Below, piece by piece: positions 18,564 through 27,418 of a stretch of 64,000 nucleotides of DNA. Both the position numbers and the translations under genes were made by a program. The stretch is from an uncultured Chloroflexia bacterium (lineage in GTDB: Bacteria; Chloroflexota; Limnocylindria; Limnocylindrales; CSP1-4): positions 3,378-67,377 of the forward strand of contig CAVORC010000013.1 in NCBI GenBank assembly GCA_963698505.1, read 5' to 3'. The notes under the pieces are model-generated. The model made no database searches, was not told where the DNA came from, and saw only the letters and a list, made by a program, of their open reading frames with translations. How positions within the stretch are numbered: position 1 is the stretch's first letter; each line of letters begins with the position of its first letter.

Positions 18564-19583
18564 TCATGCGCTGCCGCCGAGCGGCACCGTAGTGGTCGGA
18601 GGCGCCATCTCGGCGACCGACGGCGCCGCGATGCTGATGATGACCGTCCCTCGCGCGTGACCGGCACCGACATGACCCATCGCGTCGGGGGTCTCGGTCA
18701 GTGGGTACGTCCTGTCGATGACCGGTGTGACCTTCCCGGCTTGGACGAGCTCACTGAGGGCGGCGAGGTCCTTGTGGTTCTGGAACTTGATCGACGGGCG
18801 CAGCTGCTGGCGCACGAACATCGACGTCACCATGGCCTTGATGACGGTCCCCAGGGCGCCGCCCGAGTGGCCGCCGCCGTTCGGCTGCAACTTCCCGGTG
18901 GGGGTCAGTGCGCGCCGGGTCTGCGACAACGAGTGATTGCCCACGTTGTCGAGGATGAAGTCGTAGCGCGGACCGCCCTGGGTGAAGTCCTCCGCCGTGT
19001 AGTCGATGACATGATCGGCGCCGAGCGAGCGGACCAGCTCGACGTTCCGCGTGCTGGTGACGCCGGTGACCTCCGCGCCGAAGGCCTTGGCGATCTGCAC
19101 CGCGAACGAACCCACGCCACCCGACGCGCCGTTGATGAGGACCTTCTGGCCCGCCTGTACGTGGCCCTGGTCGCGCAGAAGCTGGAGCGCGGTGGTGGCG
19201 GAGACGCCGACCGCCGCAGCCTGCTCGAACGTGAGGTTGGCAGGCTTCATGACGAAGTGATCCTCGGTCGCACGGGCATACTCAGCGAAGGCGCCCGCGA
19301 CCCACCCGAATACCTCATCACCCGGTCGGAAGCTCGTCACGTTCGCGCCGACCGCCTCGACCGTTCCCGCGACGTCGGTGCCGGGGATGCGGTCTTTCGG
19401 TCGGCGCAGTCCGGTCGCCATGCGCATGACGAACGGCTTGCCGCCCATGAGCACCCAGTCACCGACGTGGATGGATGCCGCATGGACGCGCACCAGGACG
19501 TCGTCCCCGACCTCCGGCTTGTCGACGTCCTCGAGCTTGAGCGCTGACTCCGAGCCGTAGTGGTCCTGCACGATCGCCTTCAT
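18564..19583 (-). CDS. MDR-superfamily NAD(P)H:quinone oxidoreductase
   Basis: ATG at 19583 inside track ORF 18564..20003. MKAIVQDHYGSESALKLEDVDKPEVGDDVLVRVHAASI...INGASGGVGSFAVQIAK. Confidence 0.85.
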   Translation of the reverse strand: MKAIVQDHYGSESALKLEDVDKPEVGDDVLVRVHAASIHVGDWVLMGGKPFVMRMATGLRRPKDRIPGTDVAGTVEAVGANVTSFRPGDEVFGWVAGAFAEYARATEDHFVMKPANLTFEQAAAVGVSATTALQLLRDQGHVQAGQKVLINGASGGVGSFAVQIAKAFGAEVTGVTSTRNVELVRSLGADHVIDYTAEDFTQGGPRYDFILDNVGNHSLSQTRRALTPTGKLQPNGGGHSGGALGTVIKAMVTSMFVRQQLRPSIKFQNHKDLAALSELVQAGKVTPVIDRTYPLTETPDAMGHVGAGHARGTVIISIAAPSVAEMAPPTTTVPLGGSA

Positions 19584-19707
19584 GGTCGGCCTCTGCCTGC
19601 GTATTGGTCGACGAAGTACGCCACTTCGCCTCTGTGTGCACAAGTGCCAACTGGTTCCCCGAGTCGTGCGTCGCCGTGCCCCGATCCAGGGAGTCGTGCG
19701 ACCGGTC

Positions 19708-19956
19708 ATGAGCGCACCATCGGAGGGCTGGTCGCGACGCCGGCTGGGCAGCGAGCGGGTGCTGCTCGCAGCGGTCGCGCAGGCAGACGGGGTTGGGCTG
19801 GACGCCCTCAGCATGCGCCAGCTCGCCGAGATGCTCGAGGTCTCGCCCACGGTGCTGTCCCGCCACGTGTCCGACAAGGACGACCGAATCGCCACCATGG
19901 TCGACGTGGTCCTTACCGAGATGGAACTGCCACCTATCGGCGGCGACTTGAGGTGA
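19708..19956 (+). pseudogene. TetR-family regulator, only the N-terminal HTH domain remains
   Basis: MSAPSEGWSRRRLGSERVLLAAVAQADGVGLDALSMRQLAEMLEVSPTVLSRHVSDKDDRI (TetR HTH), stopping after 82 aa. A TetR-like continuation (..ATSVDEALSRH..) lies in another frame up to about 20021. Divergent from the oxidoreductase gene. Confidence 0.6.
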
Positions 19957-20068
19957 GCCATGGGCGGAGAGCGACCTCCGTCGATGAGGCCCTGTCGCGC
20001 CACCGCAGGCGATCAGCCTGATGGAGTCACGGCGACATCGGGAATCGCGCCGATGCTCGCCCCCGATG

Positions 20069-20236
20069 TCAGCCGCCCAGCACCGCGTCCATCCCGCGTG
20101 CCATCTCCTGCTGGCGCTGCTCGAGCACATGCCCATAGGTGTTCGACGTCAGCACGATGGTGCGATGAGCGAGGAGGTTCTTGACGTCCTCGAGGCCGAA
20201 GCCTTGGGAAAGCAGGAACGTCGCTGCCGCATGACG
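20069..20236 (-). pseudogene. tyrosine-integrase 3-prime fragment (last ~55 codons)
   Basis: Own translation RHAAATFLLSQGFGLEDVKNLLAHRTIVLTSNTYGHVLEQRQQEMARGMDAVLGG*, parallel to the C-terminus of the 20786..21391 integrase. About 79% nt identity by hand alignment (133/168). Confidence 0.7.
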
Positions 20237-20369
20237 TTGGTCGTATCAGCGCGAGTGGGGGAGCCCGCGCGGTGCTGTCGTCAGTCGGACGGTGAGACGG
20301 GGGAGAGGTGAGGGCCTCCACGCGTAGAACCGGGCGCGCGACTGCCATGCGCACGGGTAGAGTCGGTGC

Positions 20370-20744
20370 ATGCTCGATGAGACCCGGATCGACCGCTATC
20401 TCGCCGCGGTGCGGCTCGTCAAGACGCGCCCGATCGCGTCGCAGCTCTGCGAGGGCGGTCACGTCCTGGTGAACGGCCGGGCTGCTAGGCCATCGACGAG
20501 GGTCCGGGTCGGCGATCGCGTCGAGGCGCGCATCGCGGATCGCGACCGGATCATCGAGGTCGTCCGGGTGATCGAGGCGCGGGTAGGCGCGCCCGTCGCC
20601 GGCACGTGCTACATCGACCACAGCCCGCCGCCGCCCACCGAGACGCTGCCGCCAGGTATGGCGTCGGCACGTGGTGCCGGCCGGCCGAGCAAGCGCTTGC
20701 GTCGCGAGCTGGACCGGATGCGACGGGGCGGCGGCTCGTCTTGA
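20370..20744 (+). CDS. RNA-binding S4 domain protein (Hsp15-like)
   Basis: RIDRYLAAVRLVKTRPIASQLCEGGHVLVNGRAARPSTRVRVGDRVE...GAGRPSKRLRRELDRMR. Confidence 0.8.
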   Translation: MLDETRIDRYLAAVRLVKTRPIASQLCEGGHVLVNGRAARPSTRVRVGDRVEARIADRDRIIEVVRVIEARVGAPVAGTCYIDHSPPPPTETLPPGMASARGAGRPSKRLRRELDRMRRGGGSS

Positions 20745-20785
20745 GCCCGCAGCGCTGCCAGACGCGGGCCTCTCAGAATGCTCGT

Positions 20786-21391
20786 CTACCCACCCAGCAC
20801 CGCGTCCATCCCCATCGCCACCGCCCGCTGGCGCTGCTCGAGAGCATGCCCGTAGGTGCTTGACGTCAGCACGATCGAGCTGTGCCCAAGGAGGTTCTTC
20901 ACATCCTCGAGCGTGAAGCCCTGGGCTAGCAGGAACGTCGCCGCAGAATGACGCAGATCATGGAACCGGCGGTGGGGAAGGCCAGCAACTTCCAGCGCTC
21001 TCTGGAAGGCCCGAGTGACGGTGGCGACATCGAGCGGTGTTCCCCGGATCGTCGTGAATACAAGGCCTGAGTCCACCCATCGCGAGCCAGCCACGAGCCG
21101 TTCCATCTTCTGCTTCGTGCGATGGCCTCGAAGCGCCTTGACGACGACTTCGGGCAGGGCGATCGTCCGCCGTGAGCGCTCGGTCTTGGGCTCGAGGAGG
21201 ACGAGCTCGCCATTCACGCGCTGGAGGGTGTGGCGGACGGTGAGGCGGGCGTGCTTAAGGTCCACGTCGTCCCACCGCAGGCCGAGCAGCTCACACTGGC
21301 GCAGCCCTTTCCCGAGCGCAGTGACGTAGAGGGCGTGGAGACGGTCGGTCTTCGATGACTTGATGAGCTGGCTGGCTTGCGCTGGCGTCAC
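20786..21391 (-). CDS. tyrosine recombinase/integrase, catalytic domain only (N-terminally truncated)
   Basis: GLRQCELLGLRWDDVDL...HDLRHSAATFLLAQG...LGHSSIVLTSSTYGH (R..HxxR..Y catalytic pattern). An in-frame TAA at 21419-21421 lies just upstream, and no SAM-like N-terminal domain is seen in frame. Confidence 0.8.
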   Translation of the reverse strand: MTPAQASQLIKSSKTDRLHALYVTALGKGLRQCELLGLRWDDVDLKHARLTVRHTLQRVNGELVLLEPKTERSRRTIALPEVVVKALRGHRTKQKMERLVAGSRWVDSGLVFTTIRGTPLDVATVTRAFQRALEVAGLPHRRFHDLRHSAATFLLAQGFTLEDVKNLLGHSSIVLTSSTYGHALEQRQRAVAMGMDAVLGG

Positions 21392-21418
21392 GGTGCTGTA
21401 CCGGAGCTCGAACTCGCC

Positions 21419-21619
21419 TTACATCGGCCAATGGGTGCGCGGTTCACACCACGCCGGGGAACCGTCCTTCTCGGCCTGCTCGACCATGGCCCTGAGCAGC
21501 GCCAGCAGGCGGTGGCGCTCGACCTCGATATCGAGGCGTGCGCCGCGCTGTCGGGCGCGCTCGAGTCGTTCAGCCACCGCAGCGATCTGCCGGCCGCGGT
21601 CGCGGTAGCTCGCGCTCAC
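21419..21619 (-). CDS. hypothetical helical protein
   Basis: 66-aa ORF. The GTG at 21619 overlaps the upstream stop (GTGA). The product is Arg/Glu-rich and helical. Weak support only. Confidence 0.3.
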   Translation of the reverse strand: MSASYRDRGRQIAAVAERLERARQRGARLDIEVERHRLLALLRAMVEQAEKDGSPAWCEPRTHWPM

Positions 21620-21753
21620 CGCTCGCCAATCGGGCCGCGAGGCCGACGCGGAAGCGGCACCGGGCGTGCGAAGCGCAGGCGCGGCCGCACGCGACAGTGC
21701 TCGCAGCGCACCTGGTAATCGCCGTGCTCACAGATCCTTCGTCCCCAGCTCAT
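21616..21753 (-). CDS. hypothetical 45-aa Cys/His-containing protein
   Basis: ATG at 21753 preceded by AAAGGAG with an 8-nt spacer. Product MSWGRRICEHGDYQVRCEHCRV.... This trims track ORF 21616..22029. Confidence 0.35.
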   Translation of the reverse strand: MSWGRRICEHGDYQVRCEHCRVRPRLRFARPVPLPRRPRGPIGER

Positions 21754-21990
21754 CCTGTCGACTCCTTTCTGGCGAGCCTGTGCTCGCCTCTCCCTCGCAC
21801 GGCGGCTCTGGGTGGTGCTGCCGCGCTGCGACCTTCTATGCCGGCGGGTGTGCCAACCGGCTGTCGCCTTGCCATGTAGGCCGTGACGGGCTAGGGCGGC
21901 GTCCAGCGAGGGCGACGCAGCGGGCGACGCGACCCTTACCATTGGCGCCACGGTCGGGGTATCCACGCACGGCGAGCAGTAGGGGAGTCG

Positions 21991-22158
21991 ATGGACGACG
22001 GAGTGAGCGTCTCCGCGATCAGGGCTCACGACCGCAGACGGATCGACGAGTGGCTTGCCTCGCTCGGACCGGACGACCGGGTCGTGGGTACGCTCGGCGC
22101 GGGAATCGGCCAGCGAGCGGTCTCGCTTGTGACGGATCAGGCCGGGGAGGGGACATGA
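21991..22158 (+). CDS. hypothetical 55-aa protein, translationally coupled to the nuclease gene
   Basis: Own reading: ATG at 21991 after GGGGAG. Product MDDGVSVSAIRAHDRRRIDEWLASLGPDDRVVGTLGAGIGQRAVSLVTDQAGEGT*. The stop overlaps the next ATG as ATGA. High GC3. Below the ORF-track size cutoff. Confidence 0.3.
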   Translation: MDDGVSVSAIRAHDRRRIDEWLASLGPDDRVVGTLGAGIGQRAVSLVTDQAGEGT

Positions 22159-23447
22159 CGGATGGCATCGTCGACGGCGTCCCCGGATCCTTGCCCCGAC
22201 TCCTCGCGGACCTCGAGGTGCTCCGCCTCGATGGCCATCTCGATGCCCGCGGGAGCGACCTGCTGACGATCGCCGGTCTCGGCCGTAGCGAGCTCTCGCA
22301 CTCCGCGGTCATCGCGTGGCTCCTCGACCCCAATGGGTCGCACGGGCTCGGCGCTCGTTGCCTGCATGCTGTCCTCGCGGCCGGCTGGGACCTCGAGGTC
22401 GCGGACATCGGCAGCGCCGTGGGCGTGGAACTCGAGGTCACACGCGTGGAGACGCGAGCCGACATAGTGGTCGAGTTCGGCAGCGGCACGCTGATCGTCG
22501 AGAACAAGGTCGATGCTCCCGAGCAGCAGACGCAGTGCGACGACTTCTATCGCGAGTGGGGGAGCGGCGTCCTCTACTTGCTCCTCAGCCCGACGGGCGC
22601 ACGACCGCTGAGCGCCCATCGAGCGGAGACCCGGGCGGCCTGGCGCTCCCTTTCGTACGGGGCGTTCGCGAAGCTGCTCGCGGAGCTTCGGCCGCAGGCG
22701 GATGGGCCGGGGCGCGAGGCTCTCACCGACTACCTCGAGACCTTGCGGCGCCAGTTCCCGCCGCAGGAGCGATTCTTCATCCACCGGGAGGACGGGATGT
22801 CTGACGACGACCGACAAGACGCGACCGCTTTATCCGAGGACCTTGCCAGCGACCCGTTCGACACGCCGCGTCTCCGCTTCTACCTCGAGCACCGCGCAGC
22901 GATCGACGAGTTCCGCGCGCTCGAGTCGGACTTCCTCCGGGCCTTCAACCTCGAGCTCCAGGCGTTGCTCGGTCCGATCGAAGCGGGCATCGCCGCGATG
23001 GATGGTCCGATCAGCGGGACGCTCGCGAACTGGAGCCGCACCGGGGTCGACCATCCGCTGTGCTGGCGTTCGTCGTGGACCGATGCAGCGGGCGCTCCCG
23101 CGGCAGCCATCGGGGTGGCAGCCGACCGAGCCGATCCGACGTCGCGCCGCGGCCTGTACTGCGGCGTGTTCGCTGCGCCCTCCTCGCTGGGCCAGCGGCT
23201 GCGAAAGCGGCTCGCCGACGAGGCCCGCTCTGCCGCCGACGGTGACTGGGTCGAGGGCCTGTACCCGGTCGCGTATCGATACCTGCCGGCGGTGCGCGAC
23301 GACTGGTGGACCGACGTGCCGGTCTGGCGGGCCGGCGTCGTCGAGGCCGTCATCGCGGCATGGCAGCGCTTCGCCGTCGATGTGGACAGGGCGATCGCCT
23401 CCATCGGTGATGACGTCTCTGCCCTTGGTCCGGATCCCCGAACCTGA
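22155..23447 (+). CDS. PD-(D/E)XK nuclease superfamily protein (PDDEXK_4-like N-domain) with uncharacterised C-terminal domain
   Basis: ATG at 22155 (SD GGAGG) in track ORF 21666..23447. The motifs SELSHSAVIAWLLDPNGSHGLG and RADIVVEFGSGTLIVENKVDAPEQQTQ give a D..E-x-K nuclease core. Confidence 0.7.
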   Translation: MTDGIVDGVPGSLPRLLADLEVLRLDGHLDARGSDLLTIAGLGRSELSHSAVIAWLLDPNGSHGLGARCLHAVLAAGWDLEVADIGSAVGVELEVTRVETRADIVVEFGSGTLIVENKVDAPEQQTQCDDFYREWGSGVLYLLLSPTGARPLSAHRAETRAAWRSLSYGAFAKLLAELRPQADGPGREALTDYLETLRRQFPPQERFFIHREDGMSDDDRQDATALSEDLASDPFDTPRLRFYLEHRAAIDEFRALESDFLRAFNLELQALLGPIEAGIAAMDGPISGTLANWSRTGVDHPLCWRSSWTDAAGAPAAAIGVAADRADPTSRRGLYCGVFAAPSSLGQRLRKRLADEARSAADGDWVEGLYPVAYRYLPAVRDDWWTDVPVWRAGVVEAVIAAWQRFAVDVDRAIASIGDDVSALGPDPRT

Positions 23448-23527
23448 AGCGCGGCGTGCCATCGGAGGTGGCACGACGTCCACCGACGCTGACACCGTAC
23501 TTGACCTGATCGCAGGGGGACCAGAGC

Positions 23528-24004
23528 ATGGCGATGCAAGGCATCGTGGACCAGCCAGCAGAGGCGGGCGGACAGCCGCGGATCGGGGATGCCATCGAGG
23601 CCCTGCCGTGGGTCCGCCAGCTCTGTCCGCTCATGCCGCACGAGTACGCCGTCCGCTTCCGTTCCCCGGCCTGGGCCTGGGACAGGCTCGAGGCGATGGT
23701 CCGCACCGGTCCCGGGGGATACCTCGCCTACTTCCGTGGCTATCGACGCCCCAATCGCTACTGGGAGGCACCCGACGGTCTTCGCTACTGGCGCACGGGG
23801 TACATGCTGAACCGCTGCGAGCTGGACAGCGTCGAGCCGCTGCGTCGCGTCGATGAGGGTGCCCAGCCCGTCGAGGAATGGGACGGTCCGCCTTGGGCAC
23901 CGGATGGCTGCGGTATCTACGAACCCGACGGACGCGGGAAGTGGTGGCCGACGGAAGAGGCCATCCGTGCCGGGTTCACGCCGTGTCGCGCGTGTCGACG
24001 CTAG
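23528..24004 (+). CDS. hypothetical Trp/Arg-rich protein with Ada-like C-terminal Cys motif
   Basis: 158 aa. Contains ..PHEYAVRFRSPAWAWDRLEAMV..YWEAPDGLRYWRTGYMLNRC.. and ends WPTEEAIRAGFTPCRACRR. Confidence 0.55.
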   Translation: MAMQGIVDQPAEAGGQPRIGDAIEALPWVRQLCPLMPHEYAVRFRSPAWAWDRLEAMVRTGPGGYLAYFRGYRRPNRYWEAPDGLRYWRTGYMLNRCELDSVEPLRRVDEGAQPVEEWDGPPWAPDGCGIYEPDGRGKWWPTEEAIRAGFTPCRACRR

Positions 24005-24165
24005 GGGCAGCCGGAGTTTGTCCCTCGAGCGCGGATCCCGACTGGCCCGCGTCACCCTGACGCCGTCTCGGCGCCGTCAGATACCGATGGGCGCAACGGA
24101 CTCGATGAGGACATGTCGCGGGTCCCGATCGGCAGCGCCAGCTCCAGAGCGTCTATCGTGAAGAT

Positions 24166-24693
24166 GTGCCGAAGGCAGAGCAAGCGAAGGGGAGTGATGC
24201 TACGACGGGAGCGACTCGTGCCATCAGGACACTCGTCGAACAAGCGGAGGCTGGCGGTGATTGGTACATCGCCCCACACGAGATGACAGAGGGCCAGACT
24301 GTCATCACCCTTGCGGCAGCGCCGTTCGGCGACGGGTCGTGGACCGCCTATGAGGTCGTGTTCGACTGGGCGGGCGACGATCACGCGTCCTTCGTGTTCG
24401 ACATCAGCCCCGGCGAGGCGATCAGTCCTGGTTCGAGTGCGCCTTGGGCCGGCTGGACAGCATGGACTGATAAGGATCTTCTCATCGCTTGGTCATTCTC
24501 CGAGGACGCCAACCTTGGGGCCACGACGGTCGACGGGGCATCACCCTTGGCTAGCCACGCTGCGGGCCGTCCGGCCGGGACCACGGACCACGACGGTGGG
24601 GGTACCATCTCGCCGTCATGCGGGTCGGCGCAGGTTACATTGGGCCAAACCCGCAGTACCCGGAGCTCCGATCGCCATGCCCGTAGGACGTGA
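24166..24693 (+). CDS. hypothetical protein
   Basis: 175-aa ORF with a GTG start, ending 1 nt before the SDR start. The second half looks low-complexity, so support is weak. Confidence 0.3.
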   Translation: MPKAEQAKGSDATTGATRAIRTLVEQAEAGGDWYIAPHEMTEGQTVITLAAAPFGDGSWTAYEVVFDWAGDDHASFVFDISPGEAISPGSSAPWAGWTAWTDKDLLIAWSFSEDANLGATTVDGASPLASHAAGRPAGTTDHDGGGTISPSCGSAQVTLGQTRSTRSSDRHARRT

Positions 24694-24694
24694 G

Positions 24695-25465
24695 ATGGAC
24701 GGCAAGCCGTCAGCCGAGCGGCCGACAGTGCTCGTCACGGGCGCCAGCCGACAACACGGCATCGGTGCCGCCATCGTGAAGACCCTCGCCGCCTCTGGCT
24801 GGGACGTGGCAACGACGTACTGGCGACCGTTCGACGTCGAGGCCTCACCGCCGAGTCCGGCCTCGGAGGCAACCGAGATCCTGAACGAAGCGGAGGCGGC
24901 GGGCGCTCGCACGTTCGGTGTGGAGGCCGACCTCGCCGAGGCTTCCGCGCCTGAGGACGTCTTCGATGCCGTTGAGTCCGGGCTCGGGCCGGTGAGCGCT
25001 TTGGTCATGTCGCATGGCTACGACGTCGAGAGCGACATCCTCACCACGACCATCGAGTCCTTCGACCGTCATATCGCCGTGAATGCCCGAGCCAGCTGGC
25101 TGCTTATCCGCGAATTCGCACGGAGATACCGAGGCACGTACGGTCGCGGCCGCCTGATCGCCCTCACCAGTGACCACGTCGTCGGCAACATGCCGTACGG
25201 GGCCAGCAAAGGTGCTCTCGATCGCATCACGCTCGCGGCTGCCGGCGAGTTCCGTACGCTGGGCATCACGGCCAATGTCGTCAATCCGGGCCCGACCGAC
25301 ACCAGATGGATGAGCGATGAGCTGCGAGAGGAGCTGCGGCGCCTCACGCCGCTCGGTCGCCTCGGGATGCCCCAGGACTGCGCCAACCTCGTGGCCTTCC
25401 TCTGCTCGGACGAGGGTGGCTGGGTCAATGGTCAACTCCTCAGGAGCGACGGCGGTTTCAACTAG
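24695..25465 (+). CDS. short-chain dehydrogenase/reductase (SDR)
   Basis: ATG at 24695. VLVTGASRQHGIGAAIV (TGxxxGxG-like), MPYGASKGAL (YxxxK) and NVVNPGPTDT. Confidence 0.85.
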   Translation: MDGKPSAERPTVLVTGASRQHGIGAAIVKTLAASGWDVATTYWRPFDVEASPPSPASEATEILNEAEAAGARTFGVEADLAEASAPEDVFDAVESGLGPVSALVMSHGYDVESDILTTTIESFDRHIAVNARASWLLIREFARRYRGTYGRGRLIALTSDHVVGNMPYGASKGALDRITLAAAGEFRTLGITANVVNPGPTDTRWMSDELREELRRLTPLGRLGMPQDCANLVAFLCSDEGGWVNGQLLRSDGGFN

Positions 25466-25642
25466 TCGACGCCGTGGAACTACAGCACGAGGCGTGTCGC
25501 CTCGGTACCAGCCGGAAGGGCGATCGCTGAGGCGCCCCCCGGGTGTGCGCGAGCGGGCTCAAGGGTGGATCGCCGATCGGAGGCCATCTTCACGGTTCGG
25601 CGAGAACAGGACCCTCGACGATGGGACGGTCCTTGAAGAGAT

Positions 25643-26179
25643 GTGGGCCTTGACTGGGTGGGCATGGCCTGGCGCGGCGATTTGCCTCCGCTGCCGGGCC
25701 TACCGAAGGTCTCGGCCGCCTTGCTGCCGCACGTGATCGGCGATGCTCCGCTGACCGTCGAGCGCAGCTCATCGCTGGTGCTGTCCGAGGAAGACGCTCG
25801 CCGGTTGTTCCGACGCTTGATCTCCGACCTTGGTCAGGAGTTCAGCGACCTGCAGGTGGCACATGCGCGAACGGCTGACCGATCGGTGCCGGAGCAGTAC
25901 GTCGTTGAGGCCATCCGAGTAGACGGAGTCCCGCCCGAATTCGTGATGGAGCAACTGGTACGGATCGTGCGCAGCGAGATGGGCACCTCTGTGACCCCGC
26001 CGCTCTCGGAGTGGCCGACTCGGACCTTCGGTGACCGTACCGTCTGGACGGATGACGCGGAGGAGGCGGATGACGGTTCGACGTGGTCGTTCATGTACGC
26101 CGCTGGCGACATCCTGTTCATCGTCAGTGGCAGCGGCGGCATGGCCATCGAGGACGTGCTGGCCGAACTGCCGACCTGA
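25643..26179 (+). CDS. hypothetical protein
   Basis: 178-aa ORF with moderate GC3 and no recognisable motif. The start is uncertain (GTG 25643 or ATG 25664). Confidence 0.4.
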   Translation: MGLDWVGMAWRGDLPPLPGLPKVSAALLPHVIGDAPLTVERSSSLVLSEEDARRLFRRLISDLGQEFSDLQVAHARTADRSVPEQYVVEAIRVDGVPPEFVMEQLVRIVRSEMGTSVTPPLSEWPTRTFGDRTVWTDDAEEADDGSTWSFMYAAGDILFIVSGSGGMAIEDVLAELPT

Positions 26180-26194
26180 CCTGACTCGCTGAAA

Positions 26195-26225
26195 GGAATC
26201 GCCATGAATAGATCCCATAGGGTCT
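26195..26225. repeat. ~85-bp accessory-region repeat, copy A, left half (interrupted by IS110)
   Basis: ggaatcgccatgaatagatcccatagggtct. Matches the left parts of copy B (28473-28489) and copy C (29790-29819). Confidence 0.6.
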
Positions 26226-26227
26226 TG

Positions 26228-27418
26228 TCAAGTCCGTGACCCCCAGTCGGGGTCCCAGTCCTGGCCGTTGCGCCAGACACCCCAGACGAGGTTGAGCGCC
26301 TTGGCCATGCAGTGACCCAGGGCGTTCATCTTGCTCTTGCCGGCCGCTCGCTTGCGTTCGTAGTGGGCCTTGATGACCGGGTTGTGGGTGATACCCACCA
26401 CGGCCATGCGATAGGCCGCCGCCCGCAGATGGGCATTGCCGGCCTTGGACATGTGCCAGGAGGTTTCCGGGTTCGCGCCCTTGCGTCCGGAGCTGCGCTC
26501 GGCAGGGTGGACCCCGGCATAGGCGAGCAGCTGGTCCACGTCATCGAAGCGCTCGATGTCACCGATCTCGGCGATGAGCGCGGCACAGCTCGCGGGGCCC
26601 ACCCCCGGGATCGTCTGCAGGCGCCGGGCCAGCTCGCTGTCGACGATGCCCGCGAGGTGCGCCTCGGCCTGCTCGATCTGCTGCTCCAGCAGGTCGTAGT
26701 GGTCGAGCAGCAGGCCGACCTCGAAGGCCACCTCGGTGTCGAGCTCGGACACCGCGATGCTCGTGGCCGCAGCGGCCTTGAGGTGCTCGGCCTTCGTCAG
26801 CCCCAGGCGTCGGTGCCCGGGACCGGCGTTGGCATCGGCGAGGGTGCTCAGCCGGCGTCTCCGGGCCGCTGCTGCGGTGGGCGCGATGCGCAGCACCTCG
26901 CGCGCCGTGCGACAGGCCGGGTCGTCGAAGAGCTCGCCCAGCTCGGGGAAGCCCAGCTCCACGAGCCGGATGAGGCGCTGGCAGACCCGCGCCTGCTCGG
27001 TCACCAGGGTCATCGCGAAGCGGGCCGCCTGGCGCAGCTCCACACCGACGAGCGGATCACGGACGACGGGCTGGTCGTGCATGGCCATGAGCGCGAGGCT
27101 CCTCGCATCGGCCGGGTCGGACTTCGTCCGGTTCATCCGGCTCTTGGCAAAGTACTTCGCGCGCAGCGGGTTGACCAGTGCGACCGGGACCCCCTGGCGC
27201 CCCAGGTGCGAGGCCAGCGGCATCCAGTAGTGGCCCGAGGACTCCATCGTCACCGATCCGACCGGTTCCTCCTGCCGGGCGAGCCAGGCGTCGAAGCGGT
27301 CGAAGCCAGCGCGGTCCTGGCTCACCCGCAGGACCTCCCGGTCAGACCTGGGCTCACCCTCCCGGCAGCGGGCTACCGCATGCTGCTTGCCTCCGATGTC
27401 GATCCCGACGGTGCTCAT
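26228..27418 (-). CDS. IS110-family transposase (DEDD N-domain + Transposase_20 C-domain)
   Basis: ATG at 27418 after GAAGGAGG. MSTVGIDIGGKQHAVA..SSGHYWMPLA..TKSDPADARSLA...IPGVGPASCAALIAEIGDIERFDDVDQLLAYAGVHPAERSSG. Confidence 0.9.
   Translation of the reverse strand: MSTVGIDIGGKQHAVARCREGEPRSDREVLRVSQDRAGFDRFDAWLARQEEPVGSVTMESSGHYWMPLASHLGRQGVPVALVNPLRAKYFAKSRMNRTKSDPADARSLALMAMHDQPVVRDPLVGVELRQAARFAMTLVTEQARVCQRLIRLVELGFPELGELFDDPACRTAREVLRIAPTAAAARRRRLSTLADANAGPGHRRLGLTKAEHLKAAAATSIAVSELDTEVAFEVGLLLDHYDLLEQQIEQAEAHLAGIVDSELARRLQTIPGVGPASCAALIAEIGDIERFDDVDQLLAYAGVHPAERSSGRKGANPETSWHMSKAGNAHLRAAAYRMAVVGITHNPVIKAHYERKRAAGKSKMNALGHCMAKALNLVWGVWRNGQDWDPDWGSRT

Noticed and set aside
24052-24384. 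110-aa minus-strand ORF overlapping the start of the 24166 ORF.
   Set aside because: Poor composition, no Shine-Dalgarno, and it overlaps a plus-strand ORF that is contiguous with the SDR gene.
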